A stretch of DNA of 64,000 nt from Haliotis cracherodii. Lineage: Eukaryota. Location of the stretch: positions 67,456,001 through 67,520,000 of the forward strand of contig NW_027266319.1 of the NCBI RefSeq assembly GCF_022045235.1, written 5' to 3'. The notes beneath the pieces were generated by a model. The model was given only the letters and a program-made list of their open reading frames with translations. It did no database searches and was not told where the DNA came from. The position numbers and the translations under genes are program-made. Position 1 is the stretch's first letter; each line of letters begins with the position of its first letter. This document shows positions 59,896 through 64,000 of this stretch, piece after piece.

Positions 59896-62329
59896 AGTAA
59901 ATAACATGTCTGTGATATCTGAAACGCCTCTTTTCTGCTGAATCCCTACGCTGTCGTTTACATCTGTCAATTATATTCGGATGGTGATGGTATTTCTCCT
60001 CAATATAGTTACAGCTGTCATGACTTAATTTGTTCAGACAACGTTTGAACAATAATACTTGTTGAAATTACAATAAAGTAAAACTTCAAATTGTGACTGT
60101 GTCCTAAACAATTGACACTTTTCCCATCCAAAAACAATTTTCACATCCATATCTTTACGTGTTTGAAAAAGAAATAACCTTCAAATAATCCATGAAACGA
60201 ATCTGAGGCACCGCGTGTCTAACCTAAGACCTTTTCAAGTACTTCATCCACCTTGTCGGTACCAGGCACATCCTTTACACACGTGTGGATACCTCATCAC
60301 GTACTGATTGGCTACATCATCATCTTATAGGCTCTAAATCCTGGCGTTATTTGACCCTACCACATGTTGGGAGAGAAGCTCAAAGGCATATATCTTCAAA
60401 GAAACACTGGTCCTGCATAGATTATACAAGGAACAGATAGCACGACGCTTGGATCCCCATAAATGAGAGTAAATACTTCCTTAAATATACTGGTCCCTTG
60501 ACGTGCTCAGTGCACCTAAAGCCACTGTATGTTCTGATGAAGGGAACATTGCAGGTTTTAATAGGTGTTTATGTGTGTTTACGATTTGAGATGTAACATG
60601 TTGGTGTCGTATTCTTCAAAGCCTGCATTGCACAGTGTATCGACAGGCCACGACACTGCCAGTTAAACGACGGCTACATCATGTTTACCACCTTCAGGGG
60701 ATTGCCACACATTAAGTATGTCGTCATTCTTATTTGGCTTGATCAGACATTGACTGATGTAGATTTCTATGTCCGAAAGATAGACGATGATGGCCCATGA
60801 ACCAACACATGACGAGAGTATAAGTGTGATTATGATAATGAGAACTTCACATGGCTGTTGTATTACATACAGTGAAACTGTCTTTCTTATCAACATGGAA
60901 TAGGTTCTATGAGCATCCTAGGACTTTCATGTGATGAAGCTAATGACTTATCATCATTCCTCTTTGGGCAACATACATGAGTCTGTCAATGGCTGGTAAT
61001 GGCATCATGTGATGACGCTGTTTTACTTATCAAGATAATAATAGAAAGTTTGATCTCAATTCAACTCCAACTTTCTCAATCATTGTGGGTAGGCATTTGA
61101 TAAATGTTACATACAAAATCATAGGATACAAAATGAGGACTTGCAGTTATTAAATCTTTAAAGTCTGTTTGGCAATACATTCCAGGTGGAAAATGTGATA
61201 ATAATCATCTAAGAGAGTGCAATTCTAGTTTCAGAGACAACACAGAGTCCGAAATGTGTCCCTTTTTCAATATCCGATTTCAACCTTTTATATTTTGCAC
61301 CATTATGTGACGTCATGATAGTTACATGAGATGTAAAACCAAACTTTAACTTGCTCTAAGTTACGTTTCGTTGGGGGAGGCCACTTTAAGTTGGCTATGG
61401 GCGAAGCTGTGCTCAATGTTTGTCATAAATGCGACAATAGTATGATATGAAACATAGTAGGGACACTATACATACCATATTAATTTTATCGGTGATTAGA
61501 AAAGATCGATAATCGACCGATGTAATGAAACAATAAATATTTGTAGGGTTTGACGTTAAGTAGTTGCTAACATACAATTAATGAGAAGAAGATGTATGCC
61601 ACTTGATCATTTATCAGAAAAATCAAAACATCTGATAGCATGTTCGAGATATTCTGTCACGTGAGTGCAGACAATTTGTTGAATGAGAATGTAACGTACA
61701 GAAGTGTACATGTGTTTAATACAATAAAAACGAGATTCTATGAAACAGAAATATGCGTGAGTAAAAGCTGCCTAATATTGCTTCAACGGCAGCCGCCCCC
61801 TTGCTTGATTGAAATCAGTTACAGACCTGTTGACAGCATATGTTCTATAAGAATTGTTTTCTCTATGTCTTTAATGAATAGATGTCCCGTTACACAGTCA
61901 TTGTGAATTGCAGAGCGCATCTTACCGAGAAGAAAACTAAGCAAATTGTGCAATCTCAGACTCTGAGGAAAATGAAACATCGCGATCAAATTCTATGAAG
62001 GATTTAGTTCCATAAAAATATGATAAAAGCACTTATGTACTTCATAACGCAGTTGGAGGTGATAAAGACTGTTTATACTTTGATAGCAATTTCTTTTACA
62101 AATATTCTTACACAAACACACGACCGGGGTGGCAACGTTCCTTTCTGTGTGATGACATGGCAGCTGTTCGCGTCTAATGACCGCATCCCACATGTTTCAT
62201 GTTTCATGTTTCATGTTTCATGCTTTACAGTGTAAAGAGCAGTACCGAATGTAAAGGGCAGTATCCTACAACATTGTTATAATGTAAAGAAAAAACATTG
62301 TATCAAAGGGTGTCAATCGATTCTTTATG

Positions 62330-62610
62330 ATAGACATGTGGAGAATTTCCAAATATGACGCATCAGTCACAGAATATTGCAATTCCATATTTTGCTTGTA
62401 CCATGTCCCCGTTATTTTTCAGGTGAACAATTGACTTGTCTTAGCATGTGTTTTGGACGCTCACCTTTTCGAGAACACCTAGGACCATCCCTAATTGATA
62501 AAGTCGAAATCGTACAATCGACTCTGCTTTTTGACAAAGATTTCTTATGAATTTTACAATATAAAAGGAACTTTTCGTTATCTAGAATCCATGGAAGGAG
62601 CACTTGCATA
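62330..62610 (+). mobile_element. Naiad-type PLE terminal fragment
   Basis: ggtgaacaattgacttg...gctcaccttttcgagaacacct...ggaacttttcgttatctagaatccatggaaggagc. Confidence 0.65.
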
Positions 62611-62811
62611 CGTGTTTACAGGTAACAAGGACGAAAACTGTTTGTTTCATTTTCAATTAGATGAGCTTCCTACCAGTTGAATAGGGAAGATGTACAAGAA
62701 GGGATTATCTCTTGTAATCAGTGCGTAAAGCCAACTTCAGATAAATGTATTAGTATAAGTATATTCACTGTTTATCAGTTGAAACAATATTTGTTATATA
62801 CTTCAGAGTGA

Positions 62812-62902
62812 AAGTGATATTTCCATTACAGTGAACATAGCACTTGATATTTCGCTGCAGTGAACATAACACTTGATATTTAATTGCAGTGAACATAACA
62901 CG
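62812..62902. repeat. Short 29-bp tandem repeat, about 3 copies
   Basis: tgatattt.....cagtgaacata(g/a)cac repeated. Confidence 0.8.
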
Positions 62903-63482
62903 TTGACGGAAATATTGTCTTAAAAGAGTTACCTACCCACAAATTGTCTCCCTTTATCGTGTCTGGGTCGTACACAAACCGTTGTCTTCCCTTTTACGTT
63001 ATGTTCTTCAGTGACAAGGTAAAATAATGACAAATGGTCATTTGTGGAGTTAATGTCGCTCTTGTCTTTATTATTCTCATGTAAAATGTTTTGTGAAAAA
63101 ACTGTGAATTTCTCATTTAACTCGTCAATCGAGACTGTTCGTTTCGCAAAGCACCATGTTTGTTACTTGACCAGCGTGTACTGCTTCGCTTCCAGCAGCG
63201 ACCTCGTAGCTCTCAACAAAATGTTTAGTTGAAGTTGATTTTGTATATAATCATATCCAAATGTATAAAAAAGAATTTGAGTTCTCAAATATGTTGTTAT
63301 TACTGTGGTTACATTTTTAAAGATTTTGCAAACTCGAACTACTTTTTAACTCGCACTTACGAGAGGTGGTGAAACGTCACTGCGTGTTATGTAGGGATAA
63401 TTACGTTTCAAGGTTTTTCATTTGTACTGAAACCAATCCGGTAGACAACCACACAAAAAACATATAATAAATAGGATATACC

Positions 63483-63601
63483 ATGTGTCTCGTGAAATAT
63501 CACGTTTCTCTCATCTCATGGCGGGGGAAAGGAGATATTTTCACTCGTGGCCACTTCCCCTCTCACTTGGTGAGGGAAACATGATATGTCACGAGACGCA
63601 T
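63483..63601. mobile_element. Small fold-back MITE-like element with ~33-bp imperfect TIRs
   Basis: atgtgtctcgtgaaatatcacgtttctctcatc / ggtgagggaaacatgatatgtcacgagacgcat. Confidence 0.65.
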
Positions 63602-64000
63602 AAAAAAAATAAAATAATATAAAATAAAAAAAAATATTAAAAAAATAAATAAAAAAGATAATTATAAAAATAAATAAATATATATGCATTTGTATAGCGC
63701 AGCATTCACTGTGCATAAGTGCTCTGTGCGCACTTAATTTCTGCTAATGGCCTAAACTATTGTTTTAACGAACTTCCAGCTTCAAGCATCAAGAGTATAA
63801 TCTGATAAGAGATCAACAACTCGTTCCTTATCAGCCTAATGTTCACAACTTTTTATTTTGATTTGAGTTGTGGACATTATGACGATGACCCAAGAAGAGA
63901 AATATTGCAATCAAAATACAGAGGCGGGGAGGTGTTTACTTTTCAATCTAGATCTCTGTAATTTTAGGAGTTTGGTTCCTTTGAAGATAATCTAAAAGAG

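Noticed and set aside
60534-60560. ctgatga as a hammerhead core
   Set aside because: No downstream stem II/GAAA arrangement.
60663-60896. Hydrophobic 77-aa minus-strand ORF as a membrane-protein exon
   Set aside because: No recognisable family motif or convincing splice context; cannot be supported without a search.

Overview
AT-rich, repeat-dense eukaryotic (animal) genomic DNA. The SINE/LINE/Penelope repertoire and the type of GPCR point to a mollusc, plausibly a gastropod such as abalone; this is inference, not proven. Two host genes are supported. (1) The last three coding exons of a 'rolling stone'-like (FAR-17a/AIG1-like) multi-pass membrane protein: + strand, 1464-1695, 1978-2088, 2243-2649, with phase-consistent GT-AG introns. 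(2) An intronless 478-aa class A GPCR of the FMRFamide-receptor-like/Srw-type lophotrochozoan expansions (25017-26453 +), with a signal peptide and a Ser/Thr-rich ectodomain. Most of the rest is mobile-element debris: four short-retroposon families sharing one 3' stem-loop tail (about 40 copies or fragments), LINE 3' ends, Penelope-like elements (Naiad-type RT fragments and hammerhead-bearing pseudo-LTR pieces), Tc1 remnants, MITEs, four minisatellites, a ~1.8-kb local duplication and a 128-N gap. The most interesting signal is the 5' module of the non-tRNA repeat 'family B'. It folds by eye into a four-way junction with a loop-loop pseudoknot (candidate ribozyme or 5'-processing RNA), and one of its hairpins is independently amplified 1x, 2x, 5x and about 20x. 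Repeat boundaries are approximate unless a TSD is given, and all folds were done by eye.
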